Assembly: GCF_009914755.1 (NCBI RefSeq)
Contig: NC_060934.1
Length of the DNA stretch: 64,000 bases
Strand: one strand, 5' to 3'
From: the human T2T-CHM13v2.0 reference genome, Homo sapiens
A program made the translations under genes and the position numbers. Shown here piece by piece: positions 21,062 to 37,045 of this stretch (positions within the stretch are counted from its first letter, which is position 1; every line of letters begins with the position of its first letter). The notes beneath the pieces were generated by a model that was given only the letters and a program-made list of their open reading frames with translations, was not told where the DNA came from and made no database searches.

Positions 21062-21204
21062 CCTGGAAAGATGTAACCAGTGGAAATGCTAAAATTTACC
21101 AGCTTCCAGGGGGTCACTTTTATCTTCTGGATCCTGCGAACGAGAAATTAATCAAGAACTACATAATCAAGTGTCTAGAAGTATCATCGATATCCAATTT
21201 TTAG
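21062..21204 (+). CDS. OLAH: OLAH terminal coding exon
   Basis: TTTTCAG|CC acceptor. Encodes [46 protein letters not shown] then TAG; GGHFY carries the catalytic His. Confidence 0.97.
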
Positions 21205-21384
21205 ATATTTTCCCTTTCACTTTTAAAATAATCAAAGTAATATCATACTCTTCTCAGTTATTCAGATATAGCTCAGTTTTATTCAGATTGGAAATTACAC
21301 ATTTTCTACTGTCAGGGAGATTCGTTACATAAATATATTTACGTATCTGGGGACAAAGGTCAAGCCAGTAAAGAATACTTCTGG

Positions 21385-21691
<307 letters not shown>

Positions 21692-22304
21692 TCACTTGAT
21701 TCTCCTTTATGGGAAGTTTGTCGACAAAATTCATGATTAGTAAATTATCCATTTTTTCCTTCAGTTAGTTTAATGGTGAAGATGATTAACAGGGGAAATG
21801 CTTGAAGTAAATGATTGTTTCAATGGCATACCGTGTCTCAAAGCTTGATCTCATTTTTTCAAATGTAGAATAGCCCCACATAGTAAGAAAATGTAACCTA
21901 CTGCTTTGTTAAAAGAGATCCCAAAATAATTATTGTCACCTGTGCAGGCAAGTCGTCAGAATGCCTATACCCCACCCCTCTAAGGAGTTTATTCTACACC
22001 ACTTACTGGGGGGCTCTGCCACCCTGGCATGTCTGGCTGGGACCTGGATCGTCCCCCCAGTGGACAACCAATCTAGAGTGTTGCCTGTGACAAAGGGAGT
22101 GGCCAAGCACAAATCTCACACCTAAGAGGCTGCCTCAGCCTCACTCAGCAATAACTTGAACTTGACTTAGGGAGAAAGCACAACAGCTGGAAGTAAACAG
22201 GAACCAAGAGAAAAAGAAAAGCAGAAATAGGAGCCAGGCTCAGTGGCTCAACACCAGTAATTCCAGCACTTTGGGAGGCTGAGTAGCAGGATCATTTCAG
22301 GTCA

Positions 22305-22487
<183 letters not shown>

Positions 22488-22870
22488 CTATCTCAAAAAT
22501 AAAAAGTACATAAGGTCTTAGTAAATAAGATTAAGGAAAATGCATACAGGTGGTATTTTCCTAAATTTATCACTCTTTTTAAACAAAGTACAAAAAATAT
22601 AAAATTAACTATTTGGGGGAGGCACTTTGAGTTTAGGCTACAAATAGTCTTAAGCAAATTATGTTGTAGTATGTGTTGTACTTTATCCTTTAATTTGATA
22701 CTATTTCCAGGGTTCCCTTACTGAAAGATTGGTATAAAAGTAATTGGGAGGCCGGGCATGGTGGCTCACGCCTGTAATCCCAGCATTTTGGGAGGTTGAG
22801 ACGGGCGGATCAGCTGAGGTCAGGAGTTCAAGACCAGCCTGGCCAACATGGCGAAACCCCACCTCTACTA

Positions 22871-23050
<180 letters not shown>

Positions 23051-23734
23051 TTAGGATTCGTGATTATTAATTTGAAAAATGTTTAGTCAGTATAGTCTGC
23101 AAACTGAAGTTTCATGATGGAACAAATGCCAGGCTTTGGGGGTAAGCTTTTTCCCCTGCATCTCTACCTGGTGGAGGTAAAGTCCACATGGGAACAACTT
23201 TCAGGAGTTTTCAAGCCCTCAACTGTAAGACACCAAGTCTATCATTGATGATGTCTTCTCTTTGAAGGAATTAGGCCTTGGTATCATCGTGGAAGACGTC
23301 TATCATTAGGCGAAATTTAGAAAGATGAGAATTATCTTGATTGCCAAAATTTTCCCGATGAGAAATCAACCTCGATTTTTAAAAGTAAACTTTTTGAGGT
23401 AACTGCAGATTCCCTTTTATTTGTAAGAAATAATACAGAGAGATTTGTGTAGCCTTTTACCCAATTTCCTTTAATGGTAACTGTTATGCAAAACTATAGT
23501 ATAATATCACAATCAGCATATTGGTGTTGCTACAATCAAGACAGAACATTCCATCACTGCAGGATCATCCCTCCTGCTGCCCTTTTAAAGCCACACCCAC
23601 CTCCCTCCTCCCTGGCAACCACTATTCCATCCTTTGCGTCTATAAATGTTCCCTTTCAAGAATCCTGGCTGGACGCGGTGGCTCATGCCTATAGTCTCAG
23701 CACTTTGGGGGGCCAAGGTGGGTAGATCACCTCA

Positions 23735-24109
<375 letters not shown>

Positions 24110-24478
24110 CTATTCCTCTGGTCATACCATTCCAAATCTAAATTTTTATGCAGGGAATAGAGGTACACTGTTTTGGGGGATATTTATCTTAAGGGATCTC
24201 AAACAATTTTTTGAATTGTTAACATGAGACTGTCTTCTTTCAAAGAGCCTGTGTACCATCCAGAAAGACTGAGTAGGGGGCCAATATTATATTCCAGACT
24301 CTATTTTTACTCAGATAGAACTGAACATATGGGGTACAGTAGTGGTACAGTTTATCACTAGATACATTTTAGTTTGCCTTTTTGTCTTAAATGTCTTAAA
24401 TGTAAAAATTTAAAGAAAAATAGATATTCCTATGGGGGCTTTTTAAATTTCTTTAAACTGCTATGGACAGACTTGTAA

Positions 24479-24784
<306 letters not shown>

Positions 24785-24907
24785 TGATTCTTAATAACCT
24801 GTTTTTATTTCACCAGTAACATTAACTTATTGTAACAGAACAGATGAGCCAAAAGAACAAACAGCTGTTCAAATCTGTACACATATTACCAGGGCTAGAC
24901 TTTCTAA

Positions 24908-25575
24908 AAAGTCAAAAAACAACAGATGTGGAGAAAAGGGAATGCTTATACACTATTGGTGGGAATGTAAATTAGTACAACCTCTATGAAAAACAGCACG
25001 GAAATTTCTCATGGAACTAAAAATAGAACTACCATTCTACCCAGCAATCCCACTACTGGGTATCTTCTTAAAGGAAAATAAATCATTCTATCCAAAAGAT
25101 ACCTGCACTTGTATATCTATTGCAGCACAATTCACAAGAGCAAAGATATGGAATCAACCTAAGTATCCATCAGCAGATGATGGGATAAAGAAAACGTTGT
25201 ATATGTATACCAGGGGATATTACTCAGCCATATAAAGAGAATGAAATTACGGCTTTTGCAGCAACGTGGGTGGAACTGGAGGCTATTATCTTAAGTGAAA
25301 CAACTCAGAAAAAAATAAGAAAATAAAGATTTTTAAAGAACCCTCAGAAACAAAAAAAAATACCACATGTTTTCACTTATAAGTGGGAGTTAAACAGGGT
25401 GTATACAGGGTCATGGAGTGTGGAATAATAGACACTGGAGGCTTGGAAAGGTGGGAGGGGGTGAGGGATGAGCAATTACCTTTTGGGTACAATGTACAGT
25501 ATTTTGGTGATGGTTACACTAAAAGCCCAGATTTCCCCACTACACAATATATCCATGTAACAAAACTGCACCTGT
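24908..25575 (+). mobile_element. L1MA-type LINE-1 3' fragment
   Basis: GTGGAGAAAAGGGAATGCTTATACACTATTGGTGGGAATGTAAATTAGTACAACC...CCCAGCAATCCCACTACTGGGTAT, i.e. L1 ORF2 end and 3'UTR. Confidence 0.88.
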
Positions 25576-25594
25576 GACCAGGTGTGGTGGCTCA

Positions 25595-25915
<321 letters not shown>

Positions 25916-25924
25916 CTAAAAGAA

Positions 25925-26300
25925 TTTTTTTTTTTATACTTTAAGTTCTGGGATACATATGCAGAACGTGCAGTTTTGTTACATAGGTATACATGTGCCA
26001 TGGTGGTTTGCTGTACCCATCAACCGGTCACCTACATCAGGTATGTCTCCTAATGTTATCCCTCCCCTAACCCCCTAGTCCCCGACAGGCCCCAGTGTGT
26101 GATGTTCCCTTCCCTGTGTCCATGTGTTCTCATTGTTCAACTCCCACTTATGAGTGAGAACATGCTTGGTTTTCTGATCTTGTGATAGTTTGCTGAGAAT
26201 GATGGTTTCCAGCTTCATCCATGTCCCTGCAAAGGACATGAACTCATCCCTTTTTATGGCTCCATAGTATTCCATGGTGTATATGTGCCACATTTTCTTA
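25925..26300 (-). mobile_element. L1PA-type LINE-1 3' end (5'-truncated)
   Basis: TTTTTTTATACTTTAAGTTCTGGGATACATATGCAGAACGTGCAG...GAATGATGGTTTCCAGCTTCATCCATGTCCCTGCAAAGGACATG, the canonical L1PA 3'UTR in reverse. Confidence 0.92.
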
Positions 26301-26504
26301 AAAAGAACTTTTAAAGACACCTGGTTTAAGCAAGTACAATTGAGTTAACTATGTAGTTTCAGTATACTTCTAAGTACTACAGCTCATGCTAATAGCAAAA
26401 ATATACATGATACATCAAGTTAACAGTATGCCTCTCCCTCTAAATGTTAGGTCATGATAGCATTTGGAAGTCTTCAAAAGGAAAAATTCCTCATATGCTG
26501 TATT

Positions 26505-26578
26505 CTAAATTCCGTATTTTTCTATCAGCTCCTTTGCTTTAGAAATATAGGCACTCGTCGCATCTTCCGTCGACAACC
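26505..26578 (-). CDS. ACBD7: ACBD7 exon 4 (terminal coding)
   Basis: TTTCTAG|GG acceptor. Encodes (G)LSTEDATSAYISKAKELIEKYGI then TAG. Confidence 0.96.
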
Positions 26579-26665
26579 CTAGAAAGATACAAACAGGTTA
26601 TCTCCCTGATTGGTGCACTGGGAAATTAAGAAAGTTTGCTTTAAACTTGTGAAAGACTAAAAAAC

Positions 26666-26728
26666 CTTTTTTGAGGTTCCATGCTTCCCATTTGGCTTTG
26701 CCTTTTAAATCTAGCATTCCTGGACACG
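26666..26728 (-). CDS. ACBD7: ACBD7 exon 3
   Basis: TTGCCAG|CG acceptor and G|GTTTTT donor. Encodes (A)CPGMLDLKGKAKWEAWNLKK, with the ACBP KWEAW motif. Confidence 0.96.
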
Positions 26729-26897
26729 CTGGCAAAAGAAGGAGACATGCATTTGCAGGTTAACATTTTACTGTGCACTTCTATAGACATTGTTCAAACG
26801 GAGTATATTACTATATTTTAAGTAATTATATATTATAATCGCAATTAATATATTAATTGTAACATATGAATATATTAATATTAATAATATATAATAC

Positions 26898-27015
26898 CAA
26901 TATTAATGTCTCCAACTATTGCTTGTTTGTAAAGCCCATAGAGTTCTTTCAGTTCTCCATCATCTGGTCTTGCTTTCAGCTTCCTCACATCTTCTGCAGC
27001 CCTGTCAAAATCAGC
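26898..27015 (-). CDS. ACBD7: ACBD7 exon 2
   Basis: CCTTTAG|GCT acceptor and G|GTATTA donor. Encodes [39 protein letters not shown], with the [12 protein letters not shown] motif. Confidence 0.96.
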
Positions 27016-27264
27016 CTAAAGGAAGAACAAACAAACAAACAAAAGGAGCATTTTACCACCAAGGAATAGGAACTCAAAGAGCAGGAAGAGGAAGGTTCCA
27101 AGTAGAAATGAACTTCTGCTGCTCTGGTTCTATCAGAATCATCTTAATTTACTTGAATTCCTAGGAGTTCACCTCTCCTGGGACTTACCTAATATGAGGA
27201 ACTATAGAAAATTCTTAATACAGAAAATGTTCGGTTTAACTTCTTTTTTTTTTTTTTTTTTTGA

Positions 27265-27468
<204 letters not shown>

Positions 27469-27553
27469 TGAACTCCTGACCTCAAGTGATCCCCCTGCCT
27501 CGGCCTCCCAAAGTGCTGTGACTACAGGCGTGAGCCACTGAACCTGATGGTGA

Positions 27554-27748
<195 letters not shown>

Positions 27749-29073
27749 TAACCATCTTGGCCAGGCTGGTCTTGAACTCCTGACCCTGTGATCCACCCAC
27801 CTTGGCCTCCCGAAGTGCTGGGATTACAGGTGTGAGCCACCGTGCCCAGCTGCTTTTCTTTTTTTTTTTTTTTGGCATTATTTATACTCATTGAAGGTTT
27901 CTCAATCACCTCGCAGATGCGCCCTTCCTCTTCTGCCTCAGTCCAACTTTACTACATGCAGGGGCTTCGCTACCAGTTAATACCATCGTCTAGGGCGTTT
28001 CTCTTCCAGTGCCCTCATGCCTACATTCTTTAATATCAGTATTATTTAGACCTAGCCAGTTTCTGAGGGTAATCACTATTCCTGATTTGGCTGAATTGCT
28101 TGTACAGATTCCTTTCCACACTAGACCTAAATTATAAGATTTATTGCAACTGATTTCTAGAAAAGAGGAGTTGTTTAGCCAATTTAGAGCTTATTAGGGA
28201 AAACTTTGTATACCAATATGCTTGAGTGGTATGTTTTTAGACTTCCTGGAAACTCTATATACAATGTACTTAAGCCTGGTGTGGTGGCTCATGCCTGTAA
28301 TCCTAGCACTTTGGGATGCTGAGGCAGGGGGATCGCTTGAGGTCAGGAGTTCGAGACCAGCCCGGCCAACATAGCAAAACCCTGTCTCTACTAAAAATAC
28401 AAAAATTAGCTGGGCTTGGTGGTGCGTGCCTGTAATCCCAGCTGCTCAGGAGTCTGTGGCACAAGAATTGCTTGAACCTGGGAGGCGGAGGTTGCAGTGA
28501 GCTGAAATAGCACCACTGCACTCTAGCCTGGGCGACAAAGTGAGACTCTGTCTCAAAAACAAAAACAAAAAACCAAATGTACTTAAGTAGTTTAAGCCTT
28601 GTCCTGAGTTAGCTCTGATAACTGGGACCTCCCTAACCCCGCAAGACCCTCAGGCTGGCCCAGGGTTCAGCCAGTGGCTGAAATAGACAAGGAAGTCCAG
28701 TCTACTCCAGAGCCTGAGTGTTCCCAGGATCTTTATCCTTTTCCCTTTCTAACCTCTTAGTTTATACTCTACAAAGAGCTTTGTGATTAGTTTCCTTTAT
28801 AGATTTTTAAACTAAACTGTGTCTTACCTTGCCTTATTTTTTAAAACTCAGGATAAGCAGGAATTGTCAGTAGGCTGGCTGTCAAACAGGGGAAGTTCAA
28901 GGACATATGCTGGCCACCCCCTGCCCCCCATACTTCTTCTCTGATGCCAGAGCTCCCTTTGGATCCAAAGGCCTAGGAGAGAAAGTGGATAGCCCCACTG
29001 TAACCTCAGTACCCTGCGGGCTCAGCGGAGTGGCAGGGTCAAGTTTCCTTCCAGCCCCAAAGACAGGCAGTAC

Positions 29074-29697
29074 TGTGGCAGGCCAGGTTTCCCTAATGGC
29101 TAAACAGGCAGGCCTCCATAACAACCGTTTCAGCACTGACTGAGTGGTTAACGTTAAATACTAAAAGCAGAAAGAGCAAGTGCCCTCATACGAAGACTCC
29201 AAGGTAACAAAAGCCCACCAAGAGTTTTGCCCAGGCCCTTCCTGGGGCTTGAGGCATGACAAGATAATGAAGGAATTCTTAACAGGACCCATTTAGGATT
29301 AAACAAGTTTTATTGGGGTCTGAAGGAACTCCCCAACCCTCCATGATTTAGCAGGAAATAAGATAAGGGTAATCACTGCAGCACCTGGACCCATCCAGAT
29401 TAAGTAAATTTACTGAGGCTCCAGAGGAAGGTCTTCAGATCTCAGCCCTTAGTTATATATTAGAAGAAGTTCATCACTTAAGGTTTTAGATGAACGCACA
29501 CTTACATGCAGACATATAACTTAGCAGGCATATAAGCTCTGGAAAACTCTGTAATTTTGAGTTGGCTTCGCAATAATTTGCAGTCCTTCTCCTTGCACCC
29601 AGCTACAGAAATCAAATCTCTTCTCTCCCAGTTTATCTGCATCTCGTTATTGAGCTGAGAGAGTAAGCAGCCGGGCTCTCAGCTTGGTCCACGAACA
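29074..29697 (+). mobile_element. ERV1-class solo LTR (MER39-like) in ACBD7 intron 1
   Basis: TGTGGCAGGCCAGG...CAGGCCTCCATAACAACCGTTTCAGCACTGACTGAGTGGTTAA ... GAACA, with TG..CA ends and GTAC/GTAG flanks. Family from recall. Confidence 0.7.
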
Positions 29698-29952
29698 GTA
29701 GCACAACCAGAACAGTTGTTTTGTGAAGAGCACAATCACCTGTAAGTTGGAGATCAGGGTCTTCAGCCTAAATAACCTTGAACGTGGCCCATCCTCCTAC
29801 CCAGTTCCCACAGGGGACTGAGAAGCACGGGGCATGGAACAAGGGGTGCCTTGTCTTCTGAGTGTCTTCCTAAGAAACTCTTGGCTGCTTTATACATAAT
29901 GCCATGGTTAAGAACATGGCTCTGGAGCCAGACTGCCTTGATTGGAATCTCA

Positions 29953-30256
<304 letters not shown>

Positions 30257-32391
30257 TCAAAAAAAAAAAAAAAAAAAAGGTACTTGCAATAAAGCAAGAC
30301 ATAAGAAATACTTTTAGTTTATGGTTTAGCAAAGAACACAAATTCTTTTTATACACTCAGCTTTGTAAGTAGTATAGAAAAAATAAAAACTAGAAAGATG
30401 TATACTAAAGATATGTAAACAGTAATTGCCTCTGATTACTGGCAAGTTATGTAGTTTTAAAATATTTTTGTACTCTCCAAATCTTCTATAATGTGCATGG
30501 ATTGTGTTTATAATAAGAACAAAATTGAAATGCTACATGAGTGGCTGAGCTGCTTGAGGGCAAGGCTATGCAGAAGGGGTGTAGGACCTTCCTCTGTAGG
30601 TTTATAGGCCATCTCAGGTGTTCTGCTTGCTGTAAAGTCTCATATTATTTTCCAGTGACAGCAACTCGACTCCTTTTGAGGTGCCAAGCCTTAATTAGAA
30701 TTCTAAGCCTTCTTGAAAACCCATATGAGGGCTGGGTGCAGTGGCTCACGTCTGTAATCCCAGCATTTTGGGAGGCTGAGGGAGGTGGCTCACTTAAGGT
30801 CAAGAGTTCGAGACCAGCCTGGCCAAAATGGTGAAACACCGTCTCTACTAAAAATACAAAAAATTAGCTGGGCACGGTGCCTCACACCTGTGATCCCAGC
30901 TACTCAGGAGACTGAGGCAGGAAAATAGTTTGAACCCAGGAGCAGAGGTTGCAGTGAGCCAAGATCCTGCCACTGCACTCCAGCCTGGGTGACAGAGCAA
31001 GACTCCGTCTCAAAAAAAAGAAAAAAGAAAAGAAAAAAAGATCTAATGAAAGTCCTGGACCCCTCTGCACAGAAGAGCTATGCCCTCACACAGTTTCCCA
31101 TGCCATTTCAGGGGTCCCCGCTCTTTCTCCCTCCCTAGGTAGGGAACTCAGTTCTAGAGCAGGGGCCAGCATCATTCTCTCTGTCTAGCCTGTCTGGTTC
31201 TGGCACCTCAGTGCAATACATTCCTGCCTTAAGGGGCTGTTCTGATGCACCTTCCTGCAGGAGGCCTTTCCCATCCCAGCCATGATGAGCTGGAGTACAA
31301 ACAACATTGGCCTTGGCCAGGATACTCAGGTTTGACTTCCAGCTTTGAGACACACTGCCCTGGGACTCGATGCAACAAACAAAGCTCCTCTAAGATGCAG
31401 CTTCGGCCACAAAAAGAGAATATCAGCCTCTTTTTGTGCTAGGGTTAAGGATGATTAAGAATATAATTTTCTTTTTGAGACAGTCTCGCTCTGTTGTCCA
31501 AGCTAGAGTACAGCGGCACAATCACGGCTCACTGCAACCTCCACCTCCTGGTTCAAGCGATCCTCCCACCTCAGCCTCCCAAGTAGCTAGGATTACAGGC
31601 ATGCACCACCACGCCTGGCTAATTTTTTTGTATTTTTAATAAAGATAGGGTTTTGCCATGTTGGCCAAGCTGGTCTTGAACTCCTGAACTCAAGTGACCT
31701 GCCTACCTCTGCTTCCCAAAGTGCTGGGATTACAGGCGTGAGCCACGATGCCCGGCCAAGAATGTAAAATATTCTTGATTTGATCCTATGGAGTCTGCCC
31801 TCCCAGAGTTCATCTCACAGCTCATACTAATTAACAAACCTACTTACTGAACACCTCCGACAGGCCAGGCCTTTGCCAGGCAGATGGGCATGCACAAGGC
31901 AGCGTGCTTGAAGGCGCTCATAGCCTGGTGGGAGATGAACAGGGCAGCGGTGACCACAGGGGACTTGCTGCAAATAAGGTGCAGCAGTTGCTCTGGGAAC
32001 ACAGGAGGTAGCACAGACGGGAAGGTACGGAACGGAAAAAGCCATCCCTGAGATGAGATGGGATCGGGTCTGCGATTGTTGGCTGCAGAGGGGCAGGGAA
32101 AGCTGCTCCCAGCGGTGTGGACAGAACTTACTAGAGCTCAACATAAAGGCTATGTGGGGTTGCATAAATACTCACAAATCAATAAATAAACAATCAATCA
32201 ATAATCACCTTGGCAGCACCCACGGGGCCTCACGGACTGCTGGTGGGTGGCGTGAGCCTGGTCTGAGTCTATTAAGTACATCCTTGTTGGATGGTTAACG
32301 AGCGAGCAGACTTTAGGGGGATCAGAAAGTTATCATAGGTGAGATGCAGCTTTAAATATAGAGCCATGGACATTGAATTCCAAAGCATTCT

Positions 32392-32985
32392 TGTTACCAG
32401 TGGAGGGTGCCCAAGTTCTTGGCATTTTGAACAAAAAATTGGACAAAATGCACAAACAAAGCAAGGAAACAATGAAGCAACAAAAGCCGAGATTTACTGA
32501 AAGCGAAAGTACATTCCACAGGGTGGGAGCAGGCCGAGCACAGGGACTCAAGATCCCTGTTACAGAATTTTCTGTGCTTAAACGCCCTCCAGAGGCTTCC
32601 CATTGGTTACTTGGTGTGCATCCTATGTAAATGAAGTAGCGGCCTGCAATCAGAGGCTGAAGTTACAAAGTTACACTTCTATGCAAATAAAGACTTGGCT
32701 CACGATCAGTCTGACTGGTTGGGGAAAGCAACCAATCAGAGGCTGAAATGAAGTTACAAAGGTACATTCCTGTGCAAATGTCTGATTGGTTGCAGAAAGC
32801 AACCAGTCAGAGATACTTTCAATTTTCCATCTGCCACACAGAAAGTGGGGAGGAGGTTGCAAAGGGAGTAGCCTCCGGTCCTTTTATTACATAGGTGTGG
32901 AAAGTTGGGGTTTTGATTTAGTTCTACAAAGTCAGTGTGAATCGGCCTTAGGTTCCCTGCCTCCAGACCCTATTCTCCTGCCTCA
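32392..32985 (-). mobile_element. MER51-type solo LTR
   Basis: TGTTACCAGTGGAGGGTG...AAATTGGACAAAATGCACAAACAAAGCAAGG... ending CCAGACCCTATTCTCCTGCCTCA. Internal repeated CAATCAGAGGCTGAA(G) units; TTCT/TCCT flanks. Confidence 0.8.
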
Positions 32986-34175
32986 TCCTGAGAGAAAGGC
33001 ATCACAGTTTTGCAGTATCCTGTTGCAGAGCTGGGCTTGCTGCCTTTGGCAGGAACTGCAGCCAATGCTGAGCTGATTTCTCCTGAGCGAGGGGTCCTCG
33101 GCATCCTGGTTGAATGTTTTGTGCATTATCTCCCGGTCACCCGAGCTTGGGATTCTGCAAGACAAACTGCCTTAAGGCTACTACAGCCCCTCCCTGGACT
33201 CTCTCCTGTTCAACTTTTGACACTAGGCTCCCTCACCCCACCTTTGGCGTAGAAGTTACGCCAGCATCACTCACACTGGGTACATCCTGGGTGCATCCTT
33301 CCGTGCTGACTAGGCGGGCTGCTGTGTAAATTACCTTTCACATTTCAGCCCCGCTGAAGACAGCCTCCGAGGGTGGCTCTCACCTCACCTGACTTTACTT
33401 TCTGCAATGAACATGGTCATCCCACATAGGGGGTTGGCAAGGTCTTCTTGAGCAATTCTTTCCCATTGAGCAACCCAATTAAGAAGATAAAAAATTCTCA
33501 CACTCAAGGAACTGCAGGGTTCTTAGGTCACACAAATGTGGGCTGGGGGAAGAGGTTAGTCTTTTTTTGCCAGTTGTTAAAATCATCAGTACCCTAGACT
33601 TGAAAAGATACATATTCTAGAGGAAGAAGTCTGTTTTTTAGCTTCATCATCTAGGAAAGAAATTTGTCCATTTAGGATAAACATCAGCTCTCCTAAATGC
33701 TTTGGTGAGGATGGAAACATATTGTAATTTTCAGATAAAATCAGGAGGCTATAGCCGAATTAGAAATTCCATTTGTTTTGCTACTCCAATGACAGTCTGC
33801 CAGTATACTTATTCTTGTGTAAATAAATAGAAGACTGGGGACCCTGAACTAGTCACCTTTCCTCTCATTTCCACTCAGTGAGCATCTTGGCAGAACACTA
33901 GTACCAATATGATCCCCGCACATGCCAGTGAGGTAATAAAGACAGAAGAGATTTCAATATGTCAGCCAGTTATTAGTTGTCATTTTTAAAAGTTACTTTC
34001 AGCTGGGCGTGGTAGCTCACATCTGTAATCCCAGCACTTTGGGAGGCTGAGGCAGGCAGATCACTTGAGGTCAGGAGTTCAAGACCAGCCTGGCCAACAT
34101 GGTGAAACCCTGTCTCTACTAAAAATACAAAAATTAGCCGGCCGTGGTGGCAGGCACCTGTAATTCCAGCTACTA

Positions 34176-34295
<120 letters not shown>

Positions 34296-34877
34296 TTACC
34301 TTCCCCCAATATTGTTGACACGCAAATGCATTATTAGTAGATAATATCATGGGTCGATGTTAATACTTCTTAGCATACTGCTTTTCTGTGATGTTCCTCA
34401 ACTCTTAATTCCTCGTTGCAAGTATTTTAAAAGCAAACAACAACAGAAAACCAAAGTACTAAGCTAAAAAGGAAACTTTCAGATCTTTCAGGAAATTTTA
34501 GAAAGAACATTTTGATCATTTTGGAGAGAGTTCAGTATAAACACATAAGTCACGCACAAGAATATTTGAGCCAGGCAAGGTGGCTCATGCCTGTAATCCC
34601 AGCACTTTGGGAGGCCAAGGCGGGTGGATCGCTTGAGCTCAGGAGTTGGAGATCAGCCTGGGCAACACAGCAAAACCAAATGTCTACAAAAGATACAAAA
34701 AAGGAAAGCCTGGCATGGTGGCTCACACCTGTAATCCAAGCACTTTGGGAGGCTGAGGCGGGCAGATCACCTGAGGTCAGGAGTTTGAGACCACCCTGAC
34801 CAACATGGAGAAACTCCATCTCTACTAAAAATACAAAATTAATTGGGTGTGGTGGCACATGCCTGTAATCCCAGCTA

Positions 34878-35186
<309 letters not shown>

Positions 35187-35414
35187 TTATCCTTATTGGA
35201 CTTCTACCACATGCCAAACATTGTTTTAAATGCTTTATACATATAACTCATTTAATGTATCTCTCCTGCATTTTTAGATAAAGAAACTGAGGCACGGAGA
35301 GGTTAACTATGTCACAGGCTAAGTAGAAGTGAGGCACACATTTGAACCCAGATGGCCCTGAAGTATGTATTACAACTTTACGCAGGATAACGTCTTGCCT
35401 GACTGAAATGGTTA

Positions 35415-35784
<370 letters not shown>

Positions 35785-36349
35785 TTAAAAAAAAAAAAAA
35801 AAAATTACAAAAATCAGCCGGGCGTGGTGGCGTGCACCTGTAACCCCAGCTACTGCGGAGGCTGAGACATGAGAATCGCTTACACCTGGGAGGTGGAGGT
35901 TGCAGTGAGCAGAGGTTGCAGTGAGCAGAGATCGCACCAACTGCGCCTCAACCTGGGCAACAGAATGAGACTCTGTCTCAAAAAAGAAAAATAAAATTAC
36001 ATTTTAGAATATTTAATAATGAGAAAATGCTCATATTACTGTTTTACGTGTAGGAATAAAACTATATACACAATAACATCATAGGTATGTGTGTAGATAT
36101 ATGCCACACACATACACACATGGAAAATAACATACTAGGACATACTAGGAATTACCCTAGCATGTAGCAGTGATTATCACCTGGGTGAAGGAATTATCAT
36201 TGGATTATTATCAGTAATTATTACTTTATATTTGTTGTCTTTTCCAAAGTTTTCCACCCTTAACAATTTTTTTCACATACCTATAAAACAGTATTTTTAA
36301 ATTGGAGCCTCACAGATCTCTTCTGCTCAGTATGACACTAAGAGAGGTC

Positions 36350-36900
36350 CTGGAGGTCCCAACGAGCGAAGGGGCGGGAGCGGGGGATCTCGACTCCCTC
36401 TCGGAGACGGAGAGGAGGAGGCCCGCTCCGTGCTCCCCGGCGCTCCTGCCTTGCCTGCTTTTCCGCTCACCCGGCCCCTGGGGTCCGGAAGGGTTGCCCT
36501 GGGAGCCCTGGCTCGCCGTCAGCAGGCACAGGTGCGGTCTACACTGCCATCTGGGGCGCTGGGGAAGGAGTGGGCGTGTCCCCCGGGTCACCGCCGACCG
36601 CTCCCAGGGGCGCCAAGCCCACCCGGAGCCCCACTTAAGCACTCCCCTCGCGGAGCGCCCCTCCCGCGTGGCCTCCCCGCGCCCCGGGTACCTGCAGGGC
36701 CATGGTGGCGGCTGCCGCGTTGTTGCTGCTGCTGTTGTCGTCCGGTGCTCTGCCCCCTCTCGCACCCACCGCTTCTTAAACGGCCGCGTCTCCTCCGGCC
36801 GCTGCCATTGGCCGCGCTCCCGGCCCGGCCGCCTCCCATTGGTCGCGGGCGCGGGGGCGAGGCTGGGCGGTGAGCGGTACTGCACGCCGGGTTCCCCAGG
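36350..36900 (-). promoter_or_regulatory. ACBD7: ACBD7 CpG-island promoter
   Basis: High GC and CpG density. Two minus-strand CCAAT boxes (36807-36811, 36838-36842; 31 bp apart), GC boxes, and a TATA-like TTTAAGAA (36773-36780) upstream of the ATG. Confidence 0.85.
36692..36703 (-). CDS. ACBD7: ACBD7 exon 1 coding part (MALQ)
   Basis: Perfect Kozak GCCGCCACCATGG, then ATG GCC CTG CAG|GTACCC. The four exons sum to 267 nt, giving an 88-aa ACBP-family protein plus stop. Confidence 0.94.
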
Positions 36901-37045
36901 CTGCAAATGGAAAGGCGAAGACAGGAGAATTTAAATGAGTTTCTCTCCGCTCTTGGCTCTCTCTTCTATTCTTTCTCAAGCGGTTCTTTGCAGGAAACCC
37001 AGAGAGGTCTCCGTAGGGCACAGGCCTCCCCTGGAATGCCTTCGA

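Noticed and set aside
23246-23305. TGATGA plus an imperfect ~14-bp inverted repeat suggesting a C/D snoRNA or pre-miRNA
   Set aside because: No properly placed CTGA D box or terminal stem; the stem is short, bulged and has a ~31-nt loop, compatible with chance.
36302-36934. 198-210 aa ORFs on both strands over the ACBD7 promoter
   Set aside because: GC-rich CpG-island sequence depleted of stops, with no domain. The real coding part is the 12-nt MALQ exon.
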